A stretch of DNA of 64,000 nt. Source: Antedon mediterranea. Its lineage: Eukaryota; Animalia; Echinodermata. The translations under genes and the position numbers were made by a program. This document shows, one piece after another, positions 53,501 to 64,000 of this stretch; positions within the stretch are counted from its first letter, which is position 1, and each line of letters opens with the position of its first letter. The notes under the pieces are model-generated. The model had not been told where the DNA came from, did no database searches, and was given only the letters and a program-made list of their open reading frames with translations. The stretch lies in contig NC_092670.1 of assembly GCF_964355755.1 (NCBI RefSeq), positions 7,926,201 to 7,990,200 on the forward strand, read 5' to 3'.

Positions 53501-56500
53501 TTTGACCAAAAATGAAATTTTAAAAAATGGTTTTCTTTGAAAAAACTGTCAAAGTAGTCAAATTGACTGGAGGTAAATGGGTTTTGGTTGAATAACCGTT
53601 TATTTTGTCTTTTTATAAATGAAAAGATTATTTGATTTTGTTTTCTACGGAGGTGATTAAATTTGATTAAAACTACAAAATGGCCTATTTAAAGTCTTTT
53701 TGTTTTGGGGACACAATACATCTTTAGCCAAGACATGACCACACTTCCTCCTTAGAGCTGTCTGATGTGTTTTAGCCAAGACAACTCACTTTATTACCCA
53801 ATACATACATATACCTTACAAAGGTAAAGACCTTTATTGGCATATGTCAATTTACCATAAATCTGGATGGTTACCAACATTTCCTATTTTAGCAAATGAC
53901 CAACACTTTCACAACAGGTTAAGGGAAAATCTGTCTATTGTTTGCCATGCGTAAACACGTGTGTATACAACCAGATATATAGTACACACCCACAAAGGGG
54001 TACCTTCCTGCTTATGATGATAAAGCTTGGTTCCCACGCAATTTAACAATGTAGGTGCAACGCCAACCAACACACGTGACTGATCAAATTACACGCAGTA
54101 CTGATAAATCATTGCGTTGCGGCCTAGTGGGAACAAAACTTTAACATGAAAGTACATAAGGTTTCCCCCAAATAAGCCAACACATAAAACTAAAATACAA
54201 AATTGCAAACCACTTTTAAATTAGGTTCCCCTACAGAATTTTAGGTACATTGTTTTTTTCTCTTAATACTTGAATGCAATGTTAAAACACATGTAACTGT
54301 CTAAAACCGATAAAATAGTATGGTTATAGTTTATGTATTTAACCTAGATTGAATTATAAAAAATATGATTAAATGTTTATGTTATGTAATGTGCATTTGG
54401 GACTGTTAAATCATTTTGACACATTTCCATTTTGACATTGATTAATTGTGCAATAACTCTGAATACCGTCTTTCGCTTTTCAGGATTATGGTAAACCTCA
54501 ACATAATTTCCTGGGCATTTGGCAACTTGCCAGCTGTACTCTGGATCTGGGCACTCATGCAGATGTATACAATGATCGTCGTCTTTTCGCTTTTTCAATA
54601 CTGGGCTTACCATCGACATAAAACTGTGCGTTTACCTGACATCTTTTGGCTCTGTGTGTACATATCTCTGCAAATCTTTTTCTTGGTTTTCCCTGTTGGT
54701 TTTGTTATACACAATGAGTTGCCTCCGGCGTCAGCGTTTATCATAATGTGTGAACAAGCTCGTCTAATGATGAAGTCACATGCTTTTGTACGTGAAAACA
54801 TTCCAAGGGCCATTGCATATAAACCACACTCAGGTACCCATATTTTGCATCTACAGTCAACTCTTTTTAAAGCTCACTCTTGGGGAAAAACTCTCTAACC
54901 AATATTTGTGTATGGTCTAAGTCCCAAATTTATTGATACTATATTCAGAAAGCCCAAGTTTCTAACCAAAATATGTTGGGTGTAAGGGTAGTTGACAGAA
55001 CCTTCAAAACAGCACACAATAAACAATATCTAATATTAAAATAGTAAATTTTTAATTATGTTTTTGAAAGATATATATCCTAAACATAAAGAGATCTGTT
55101 TTGCATTTTTACGAGAATTAACCCTTCTTAAAGAGTAGCTCCGGGTTTAAAATATATATTGTTTCTTAGAAGATATAAACCCTTGAAACAAAGTTTAATA
55201 TTTCATTGCTCATTCTTCACTGTTGTCAAAATTTAAGAAGGTTATTACCAAGTTTTAACGGGAATAATATACAATATCAATTTTTTATTCTGGAGTTACA
55301 ATTTATAATAATATATGTTTTTGTTAATTAGTATTACAAATAAATTATTTTAGATCTTTGTGTAATTTGATACAGACCCTTTAATTCTGTAAATGTTTAC
55401 TTTTCTTTAAAAATGCATTCAAGTTTAAATTGTTACTTCTTCATACAGATTCTGATCTGACCAGAAGAGATGCTCTGCAGCGTTTGGCAGAAGACACACC
55501 ACTAAGGAATGGAGAAATCAAACCAGAGTTGTCTGACATTGGAGAACCATGTCCAGACTTCTCAAAATATTTGTACTTCCTATTTTGTCCCACCCTCATT
55601 TATCGTGACAGTTACCCACGCACAAGTAAAGTTCATTGGAACGTTGTCAGGATGAATCTGGTTCAGGTACGGTAAATTAAAAAATCTTTCTTTAGAAACA
55701 TATTTTCTGTTTCATATACTGTACTGCCAAGATACCATCATGAATTTACTGTTTTCAGGTGTGTTTATTTTAGCTCACACAGCGCAATTGAGTTGACCAA
55801 TCACAAGCGATAGTTCAGTTCATCCATTGTGCCGCAATTGGTCAAATTGCTTGCATTGCACTTATATCCTTGCATTGCGTACGGCCATACTGCGTTGAAA
55901 CACCGGTTCTCGTCAGATCACCAAAGTTAAGCAACGTTGGGCCTGGTTGCGTTCTGGATGGGAGACCGTCTAGAAATCGCGGCGGGTGCTGTATATACTG
56001 GAGAGTGATGGTGTAATGGTAATATCGGACTAGCATGTGATAGGCATGGGTTCGAGGTTATCTGTACCATACTAATTGCATCCTTAGGCAAGGTGCTTTA
56101 CTCTCATTGCCTCGTCCTTCGGATGGGATGTAAAGCCGTTGGTCCCGTGTACTTAACAGTGCACGTTAAAGAACTTGGTACACTATTCGAAAAGAGTAGG
56201 GGATCGTCTCCCGGTGTGCTGATCTGGTAGGCGCTGCACTGCTGGCTGCTGTGGGTCCGTGGAGGGCCTAATCCGAATTTCCTCAGTTTCCAGTTAAGCT
56301 TGAGGACAAATATGAATACCTTTACCTTTACCTTGCGTCCAATTGTGGACCAAGCTTTTGAATGCATTTACTTATCTCATTGTTCAAAGCTGTATTGTAG
56401 GCTGAATGGGAGTGTGTTGGGTGCATCTGTGTTCTCCCGCTAATGCAGAAGAATTTGCATTTGACTGCTTTCAACAATTTAAGAAACAGAGAGCATAACA

Positions 56501-59500
56501 ATTCCATTAAAAAAGTAGTACAGTATTCATTTCTGCCCCTGCATTGTGTATTGTACATGTATCTGTTCATATTCATATAAACTTTTGTTCTACATCCCTA
56601 AGATGAGCACCTCCTAATGATGCCAAACAAGCCTATACCATTGATTATTTAATTATTGTGAATACTTAAAACCATACTTTAAGTTCAGTTCACTGTACTG
56701 TACATCACCCATGTGTAAAACGCTTAGCACATCTTCAGGATGAGTAAGCTGGACCTAGTTTCACAATGTGCATGGATTGAAAATTAGGGTAGAATCATTT
56801 ATTAAAGGTTAACATTTCATTCTCCAAGAGCCCTGATCTTTATAAAATAGTGCTATATAAATAAGCATAAAACCACGTTGTTTTTATGTTATTGTTGTTG
56901 ATAGTGTTTGGTCAAATTGTGTCTTTGGTTTCTACAGATTTTTTTCTAATTTATTTGATAAATTACTTAGAATTAATATTCACACTTCTTGTTAATAAAG
57001 TTTTAAAATAGTTTTGCAGATAAATCAATGGAAATCATTAAACAACAGGAAACAGCAAACCAAAAATTTGAGCCGTTGATATAAATATCAGGTTGACATT
57101 TATTATTATTATTGTATCTTTTTTTTTGGGTAGGCCTATAGGATTTTGAGGAAGTTTAAAAGCACAATAACTTGACATCATGGCTTCCCTGGATACAGAC
57201 CAACGTAGATTACATACCTTCTTGAAATGTATTTAACTCAAGGACAAATGTAAATGGCCAGCTTAAGATCGGACCCACATCCTTCCTTCTAGGATGTCCA
57301 AACCACTAGCCACTGCACCAAAAAATGTTTTTATAAAAGTATATAGACGTATGACAACCCATAATGTACTGTACTGTTGTAGCACAAATAAGGATAGGTC
57401 GATTCTGACATAGTAGAAATGTCATTGCAACAACAGGTCATTGCAACATTATTATGAAAATAATAGTTATTGTTCCTTTTCTTCCTTTTCATATATCATT
57501 GAAATTGTCAGTTAGGCAAATTTTATTTCAAGGCAGCTTTAAAAACTCATATTTTAAACTTGTATTTTTCGAAAATTTTATTTTAGTTTTAGTGTTAGGG
57601 CTTTCCTCTAGTTTGCATAATGATAATAGACTGAAATGGTTATCCCAACATAATACACAAAAGTTAAAATATTATTCCTCCTTATAGATACAGGTCAGGT
57701 CATAGAGGTCATGTCATTCTGAAATAATTTAGATATGTTTTATAGGTTTTTCTATAACTTTAATTGTAGCTTGTAGAGTACAGTCATGCACATGTCCTTG
57801 TTAAAAATATGTTTCCATACTGGACTTTTAGAGGGCTCTGTAATGTTTGAATGTATATTGTAACATCACCTCTATCAGCTAATCAAATGTGTGTGTGGTT
57901 AATTCTCACTCTTCCACACTTTGGCAACTTAACTATAAGTAAAGTTTAATGGGATTCAAAACCCATTAGTATTATGTTTTGTTTTTAAGAGTTTTTCACG
58001 CTGCTGCTCTAGCCGGCTACGTCCCATTAGGACTACTCAATCAGAAGCTAAAGCAAGCAGCAGTTATAGTTCTAAGGACAGACAGTTTTGTGAAAATGGA
58101 AACTCCACTATAATTTATTGATTCCAGCTGCTACAGTAGACCCAAAAAACGTCTGGGAAAGAGTCTATTAGGACATGTCATGCTAAAATTACAAATCCCT
58201 AAGCATTTCTGGTATATTCACTGTCAGATATTCATTGAATTATTATCGAAATAGTCCATTAAAGTTTGTGTTTGTAATAGGATACTTCACAATTGAAATA
58301 TCTAGGGTGATGAAGTGACCCCCAGATTTGACCTTAGCAATAAAATTAACTAAAGTGACAGAAATTGAGTATTCACTTCTGTAACAAAAAAATAATATTT
58401 ATTCACATATAAAAAAAGAAAAGAAACCCCAAAACCATTGTCTGACACTGACAGACAATTTAAGTATTTGTTGCTTTAAATTACATTTTTTCAGGTAAAA
58501 TAACTATTATGTGACAATAAAATGACACATTCAAAAACATTTGAAATAAAAAATATTTTTCAATAAGCGAGCAGCGTTTTTTGTAAGAAATATTTCTTGT
58601 TTACTCACACCTTACTCCGTATTGAGTAAAAGGGTTGAGCTGGCTTTACTCACCCCATATCACTATCACCTCAATACCATAGAGATGTTATACTATATTA
58701 ATTCTATTATATCTCTATTTTAATACAATTACCATTGCCTAGAGGGAACCTATTTTTTTGTAAGTCCGGAGAAAATGTCACCCGACAAGCCAACTTGCAG
58801 TTGAGTATGGGAAATAAAATTACATCCTGGCCTAATTTCTGTTGTAACCATGGGACATTCCTTAGTACTTGAGAAGTAGTACATTGTATTGTTGGATATC
58901 AAATAAAGTTCTCAAAACACACCAACAACCTGGATTAACCCATTAAGTTTGCTTTATGTTTAACCATTTAAAATCATAAATAAAACAATATGCAAGTACG
59001 TGGAAAACATAGATGAAGATTTATAACAATAGGAATGTTGTACTTGGGTGTGTTATAATTCAATCTTATTCAATACCTGTGGTAAATAAAGTGTCACTTT
59101 TTAACCATGTAACATTTTTTAAATTTGGATATGACATACTTCAGATCTTAACATGTGTTTAACTATTTCCTTATTTGAAAGTATGCCAAGGAACAACTAG
59201 AGTCAGATTGTAAAACTACTTATAGGATTTGAATCAATCACGATTCCTATAAAAACTATTTATTATCGGCATATTTCAACCATGATCCGATTCACTTTAC
59301 CCTTTCAATAAAGAAAATTTGGTATTCTTCTCCTAGATTGACTGTCTGGGAGTTAATTCAGAGAGTTTACTAGAATTTGTGATTTATACTGCTAGTTTTT
59401 AAACAAAGATCAATTTGTAACACTATTGCCAACCCCTATTCAGAGGATATATTTAAAATAAGAAGAAACTCAGTTGAGTCCTAAAGGTGATGTCCCTTAA

Positions 59501-62500
59501 TAGGGGTTTTACTGTAATTAGCATTTCTCTCTTTTTTTATATAGTAATTAATACAGTGTTTAGTTTAGTATATAAATGTATTACAAGGGGATTCAAATCA
59601 TAAATTTTGATGTGAACAATCCTATTCTCTACCACTGAACCCATTTTCCACAATATTTTTCTTGGGGTGCCAGACCGAATCTGTTAGCAATGTGAAAGTA
59701 GCCTTAATATGGAGTAAGTTCTGGAATATACCCGTGGCATACTCAATAGGTGCCATAATATGCAACAATATCCAAAATAGTAGGACTACATTAAACCTCA
59801 TTAATAAATATTCTTATTTTTATTTCATAGGTCCTTGCTTGTACTTTTTTTACGTACTATGTGTTTGTACGATTCTGCGTGCCAGTATTTAAGAACTTTG
59901 GTCAAGAGGATTTAACTTTGCGCAACTTGATGTTGGCGTCCTTCAGCGTCATGCTTCCAGCCACACTTGTGCTTGTACTTGGGTTTTTTGCGATCCTACA
60001 TTCATGGTTGAATGCTTTTGCCGAGATGATGCAGTTTGCAGATAGACAATTTTACAAGGTACACAAAGATGGAAATGTTGTTTTCCCATAAATGCATTTT
60101 TGCCGCTAAAGCTTGGTAATTCTCACTTGGACGTAATGCAAGTAAGCACACTGTAAATAATTTGACTAATCATGATGCGATCATCTAAACTGTCGCTTGT
60201 GATTGGTCAACTTACTTGCATTGCGCCTATGTTGTTGCGTCCAAATGGGAACAAAGCTTAATAATCTTCATAGACGTTAACATTATCTTTAGGGTTAGGG
60301 TAAAATTCACCAATGCAATACAGTGCAGTTGTTTATAGCATTTCTTAAGTCTCAATTTTTTGTGAATTTTTAACCATAAAGTTGGGGGTACTGTAGATGT
60401 GTCTTTAACATACTTACATACTTGTCTGATTTGACTCAGAAGGATGTTGACAATTTCGGCACTCATTGCCTCACATTCAAATCATAGTACAAATATTGAA
60501 TGCAATGGGGCATTTCGAAATTCAACATGAAGCCTAATCAATGTTCTATATGGGGATGGCTTAATGTTGGTAAAAATGATAAATATTTTGGCACATATGG
60601 CATGCCATACATCTATTTGAACTGGAATAATTTCGAGCAAAAATATCAAAGTGTGATGATCTGTTGGTGGCACTCATAAAGGAACACTATCAACATGAAA
60701 AAGCAATACCTAGAAACTTGGGACACATTATCATTATTATTATTATTACTGTATTTCTTTATTTCATTAAAAACATCTACATTTCTACAAAAAATAATAA
60801 AATATAAAATATAAAAAAAATCTTTTTTACATTATTCCATGGAGTAAAATACTCCATGATTATTCTGCTCACAAGCCATATTTAATTTTTTTTTAATTTT
60901 TACTTTAGGATTGGTGGAATGTAAAGACATACTCAAGTTATTACCGTACCTGGAATATAGTGGTACATGATTGGCTCTTTACGTATATCTACCGAGATCT
61001 ACAGGTGAACACTTTTAGCATTTTATAATAATTATTTTTATATTATATTTTCCTGTTTCACAATAAGTCCATCCCTAGATATTAAAAAATAATATCATAT
61101 AAACATTCACTTTAGCAATAACTAAATTTATTTCTGACGTAGAATTATTTTAAATGTGTCACTGCAGTTTTATTAGAGACTTGTTATTAGAATAACAACT
61201 CACTGGTTTTATGAAAAGAAATTTCTCATCTCTATTTTTACATAGAAACAAAATAGAATTGTTCAATCTGTATTCAGGTTTTTAAGCAACATTACATTAC
61301 AGATTTTATTGTACCATATTCAGGGGAACCCCTCAGGGGACACTTCTATTCAGGGAAAACTCCTATTAAGGGGATACCCCTAATAAGGGGACACTTTCTT
61401 GTGAAAAACAAGAGGAATTGTATATTTAACATGCCCCTACTCAGCAGACATCCCTCCTTATCATTATGAAGGGGACATTTCATTGGTCTAGAGTGTTTCC
61501 CCCACCCAACCCCCCTAATAGATATTCTACTGTAGTAAATTCCCCCTTACCTCTGCCCCACTGCTTTACGGCTTAAGGTGAGAAAACCTGCATCCATATA
61601 AACTTAACACAATCTTCATTGCACAGCTTTTAACAGATGATAATTATTCAAGATAACCTCCTTTTTTTTTCAATTTCGTTTTAGCTTTTAGGGTTTGGCA
61701 AGTTCTTTTCCATGATGGCAGTGTTTGTAATATCTGCGACTATGCACGAGTACATTTTAACAGTCTCACTCAACTTCTTCTACCCCGTTTTATTCTTCAT
61801 GTTTGGTGGTGTTGGAGGTATGTACAGTGAGCCGGTTGGTTTAACAAGCTTTTACAAATAGAATCCCTCTTCCCTCTTCAGAGGACACATCTATAAAGGG
61901 ACACCTTCTTCTGAATTGAACGAGGAGCAATATATATGTTATAAAACTACGACATTCACTCCTATTAAGGGAGCACCCCGGTTTAATGGCCAAGCGATTA
62001 AGGCAGGGGAGCAGTTTACCGTACTTAAAGAGACAACAATATCGGCATGGGTTCGAGGCCAAGTTGCTCCTAGTTCTGGTGGTAGAACAAATCTTTTAAG
62101 ATAAGGACTATAAACCATAGGTCCAATCTACACAGTTAGCCTGTGGGCAATTTAAGAACCCAGCTCATCTCGAGACGAGTAGGGGCTACCCCTGTGAACT
62201 GGTTAAAAAAATAGCCTCAGTGACAGTGATTAACCTAATATTGTCAATCCTTTGCCACATGTGCCTAAATAAAACAACTATAAACCACACTGATAAGAAA
62301 GTTTGTATTATCCAAAGAATTGTGTAACAACAAAATTGTATTGAGCAATAATTATAGAAAGGTTTTGCCTGCACTTAGCCTACACTTTACTACAGTAAAT
62401 ATTTAGGGAATACGCTTTTTTTTCTTAAGTGTTTTTGTTTAAAAGACAATTGGTGTGTAGCTGTTTTGGTGGTGTAATCAGTTCAGGTGTGCCACAGGCT

Positions 62501-64000
62501 AATTTCCTAATTCAGGCTAGTGATTGTTTATTCAACAAAGTACACTAATTTATAATTACCTATGACATTTAATTTTGTAATCTTTTGGAAAGCAGGTGTG
62601 TTTTCAGTTACGAGACTCATTTAATATTTGCAGTATATTTTCACTTTCATTTCAAAAAGGCTTATTCAACTTTTTGTTTACAATTGACTTTTATTGAAAC
62701 ATTCCTTGAAAACACCTGCAAAATCTATGAATCTGTTTCTGCTGAAAATTTGCTTAAATGGGCTTTTAGGAAACCGGTTTTAGTTGTTTAATATAAAGAC
62801 CATGTTGCAGCTTATTTTTTACTCCAAATAAAACTATCAGATGTGGTGGGTTGTGTAATGACATCATTATTATCCATAGAGAGTCAAATGTTCGTGCCAG
62901 TCAATGACCTTATGAAATTCGGTCAAATTAAGACCACAATTGTTTTGCTGCTAAGCTAAAATTTGCTCCACAGAAACCGTTTTTTTATGATTAAGACCTC
63001 AATCAATTGTGTTTGTAAAACCTTTTTTTTCACTCCGAAAAGAAGTACTTTTTATCAGTAGGCACATTTCTAGTGCCAGAAATTTGTAAAAACCATTTAA
63101 AAAAAAATGTTTTTTCTTGCCAGCAGAAACAAGCCCTATAACATTGTATTTTTTATTCATTATTGTATTGCTGATATTTATATATTTATGTAATTTGATC
63201 CCAAATTTTGTTAAAGTTATGTTTTATATATTTAGACATTGAGGGTGCTGTGACTGTTATATTATACAATTGTCAACTTGCATGCCTGAGCATTCCAAAA
63301 ACATTATCATTTCTGTATTGTATTATAATTAAGGCATACTTGGCTCAAGAAACATTTAACATGACCAACAAAGGCCTATATAATGTGATTTACATTCCCC
63401 AGACATTGACTTGTTCCTGTGCCTACAATTCAAATGTTTGAGATTGGCTCATAAAATAATGTTTGCCCCTCATAAAAAAAATCATATATGTACATGGTAC
63501 AAACTACTTGATGTCCCTTCCAGGTGCCAATTTTATGACTTATCTTATTATGTCTTTTTTTTTAAAACTGACCAAATCGTATTCAAAGAACACCTCTATT
63601 AAGGAGACACTTTTCTGTGAAACAAATGTTTGTTTTAACACTATGCCCAACTTCTATTGAGGGAAAACCCCAAATTTCTTTGTCCCAAAAGTGGCCCTTA
63701 ATAGAAGTTCTGCTATTTTTTTTAAAGTTATTGTAACAAGGTGCTAAGTATTTCTTATTTTATTATTGTCTTTGTTTATAAATCATCTAAATCAAAATGT
63801 TTGCCATGTTTGGATCTTTGACAAGCTCAAACTTTTATCATGTTCATCCTTCTTTAGTTATTATCAATTATCAATAAATATGAACTTGTATTTTATGTTA
63901 TTATCATTGATTAATTGAAACCATTTTTTCTCTCTCATTTAGTAAGCTTTACGTTTTTGCCTGGCAAGAATTCGTCTCAACCCTGGAATGTGTTTTTGTG
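44486..64000 (+). CDS. SOAT1: Sterol O-acyltransferase (ACAT/SOAT, MBOAT family); 3' end outside the window
   Basis: Exons: 44486-44543, 47540-47646, 49343-49482, 50724-50771, 52712-52819, 54484-54833, 55449-55666, 59831-60058, 60909-61004, 61685-61817, 63943 to >64000. All are GT-AG with compatible phases. Motifs: [73 protein letters not shown], catalytic HEY, FFYPVL, PWNVFLW. Confidence 0.95.
46500..47290. repeat. Intronic minisatellite: about 33-bp units grading into a roughly 104-bp higher-order repeat
   Basis: TTACTGTATATTGTACTGTATTTCATAGGGACAA units at 46590-46740, then about 4 copies of a three-subunit block starting GACAGTTACTGTATTCTAAT (about 46741, 46845, 46949, 47054). Confidence 0.9.
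47540..47646 (+). CDS. SOAT1: SOAT exon 2
   Basis: TTTTGTTTTAG acceptor and CAG|GTACAG donor; open frame, phase 1/0. Confidence 0.7.
49082..49200 (+). mobile_element. tRNA-derived SINE head relic
   Basis: A-box-like CAGCTTGGTGG and B-box-like GAGTTCAATCC; no intact cloverleaf. A similar relic lies at about 49850-49920. Confidence 0.45.
49343..49482 (+). CDS. SOAT1: SOAT exon 3
   Basis: TTTTAG acceptor and AG|GTAAAT donor; helical [19 protein letters not shown]; phase 0/2. Confidence 0.78.
50724..50771 (+). CDS. SOAT1: SOAT exon 4 ([16 protein letters not shown])
   Basis: TTTTTTCAG acceptor and GTAAGT donor; matches the K-x-F-x-x-R-x-S-L-L region of ACATs. Confidence 0.85.
52712..52819 (+). 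CDS. SOAT1: SOAT exon 5 (first TM; [24 protein letters not shown])
   Basis: Long T-tract AG acceptor and AG|GTGAGG donor. Confidence 0.9.
54021..54143. mobile_element. MITE family A, degenerate copy in a SOAT intron
   Basis: TAAAGCTTGGTTCCCAC...CTAGTGGGAACAAAACTTTA. Confidence 0.65.
54484..54833 (+). CDS. SOAT1: SOAT exon 6
   Basis: Within ORF 54446..54898; encodes LPPAS...[16 protein letters not shown]. Confidence 0.95.
55449..55666 (+). CDS. SOAT1: SOAT exon 7
   Basis: Encodes [24 protein letters not shown]; CAG acceptor and CAG|GTACGG donor. Confidence 0.95.
55877..55993 (+). pseudogene. 5S rRNA-derived sequence (SINE head, not a functional 5S gene)
   Basis: Near full-length similarity to metazoan 5S rRNA with A/C-box-like motifs, but diverged, solitary, and lacking the oligo-T terminator. 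Confidence 0.75.
55877..56332 (+). mobile_element. Composite SINE: 5S rRNA-derived head + tRNA-like segment + CORE-like motif + Deu/Nin-like domain + (TACCTT)n tail
   Basis: 55877-55993 is 5S-like (GCGTACGGCCATAC...CTCGTCAGATCACCAAAGTTAAGCA...TGGATGGGAGACCG...GGGTGCTGTA). It is followed by A box TGGTGTAATGG, B box GGTTCGAG, CCTTAGGCAAGG and TTCGGATGGGATGTAAAGCCG...TTCGAAAAGAGTAGGGG...CCGGTGT. TTGCGT is duplicated at 55875 and 56333. Confidence 0.85.
59831..60058 (+). CDS. SOAT1: SOAT exon 8
   Basis: Encodes [25 protein letters not shown]; phase 0/0. Confidence 0.95.
60107..60260. mobile_element. MITE family A, degenerate copy in a SOAT intron
   Basis: TAAAGCTTGG...TCGCTTGTGATTGGTCAA...CCAAATGGGAACAAAGCTTA. 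Confidence 0.7.
60909..61004 (+). CDS. SOAT1: SOAT exon 9 ([32 protein letters not shown])
   Basis: Completes the FYxDWWN motif; 96 nt, phase 0/0. Confidence 0.95.
61318..61533. mobile_element. MITE family C relic (Tc1/mariner-pogo-like; GGGACACCTCTATT repeats, ...ACTGTA end)
   Basis: Repeated AGGGGACAC / CTATT.AGGG motifs. Related relics at about 24632-24776, 59450-59515, 61856-61977 and 63590-63713. Confidence 0.5.
61685..61817 (+). CDS. SOAT1: SOAT exon 10 (catalytic His, SATMHEY)
   Basis: TTTTAG acceptor and G|GTATGT donor; encodes [33 protein letters not shown]. Confidence 0.95.
61985..62200 (+). mobile_element. tRNA-derived Deu/Nin-like SINE (no 5S head)
   Basis: TGGCCAAGCGA A-box-like, GGCATGGGTTCGAGG (identical to the 56043 segment), then GATAAGGACTATAAACC...TAAGAACC...GAGTAGGGG...CCCCTGTG. 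Confidence 0.65.
63943..64000 (+). CDS. SOAT1: SOAT exon 11 (partial, runs off the window)
   Basis: Pyrimidine tract plus TTTAG, phase 1; encodes [19 protein letters not shown]. Confidence 0.9.

Noticed and set aside
54377-54813. Minus-strand ORFs overlapping SOAT exon 6
   Set aside because: Antisense shadows of a real coding exon.
55877-55993. Functional 5S rRNA gene
   Set aside because: Diverged, solitary, no oligo-T terminator, fused to a SINE body and flanked by a target duplication.

Overview
AT-rich eukaryotic (metazoan) genomic DNA with GT-AG introns. The repeat content (Deu/Nin-type SINEs, abundant TAGGCCTA) suggests a marine invertebrate deuterostome such as an echinoderm; this is inference only. 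I assembled three spliced genes by hand with phase-consistent junctions. (1) A secreted PDGF/VEGF (PVF) family ligand on the minus strand, 6 coding exons, 26433 to 12692, about 317 aa. (2) A Fer2 (48-related-2/HLH-13, PTF1 family) bHLH factor on the minus strand, 2 exons, 36455 to 35667, about 187 aa. Its stop codon is embedded in the first unit of a roughly 20 x 40-bp tandem array. (3) Sterol O-acyltransferase (SOAT/ACAT, MBOAT family) on the plus strand, 11 coding exons from 44486, running off the window end. Intergenic and intronic space holds two nested non-autonomous Helitron/Helentron-like elements, several MITE families, a composite 5S-rRNA + tRNA + CORE-like + Deu-domain SINE inserted in a MITE, other SINE relics and minisatellites. 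The most striking unexplained pattern is about 39 copies of the palindrome TAGGCCTA across 1-44 kb versus about 1 in the 19-kb, apparently CpG-eroded SOAT gene body. No prokaryotic systems or CRISPR arrays were found. Most ORF-track entries are spurious or are intron read-through of real exons.
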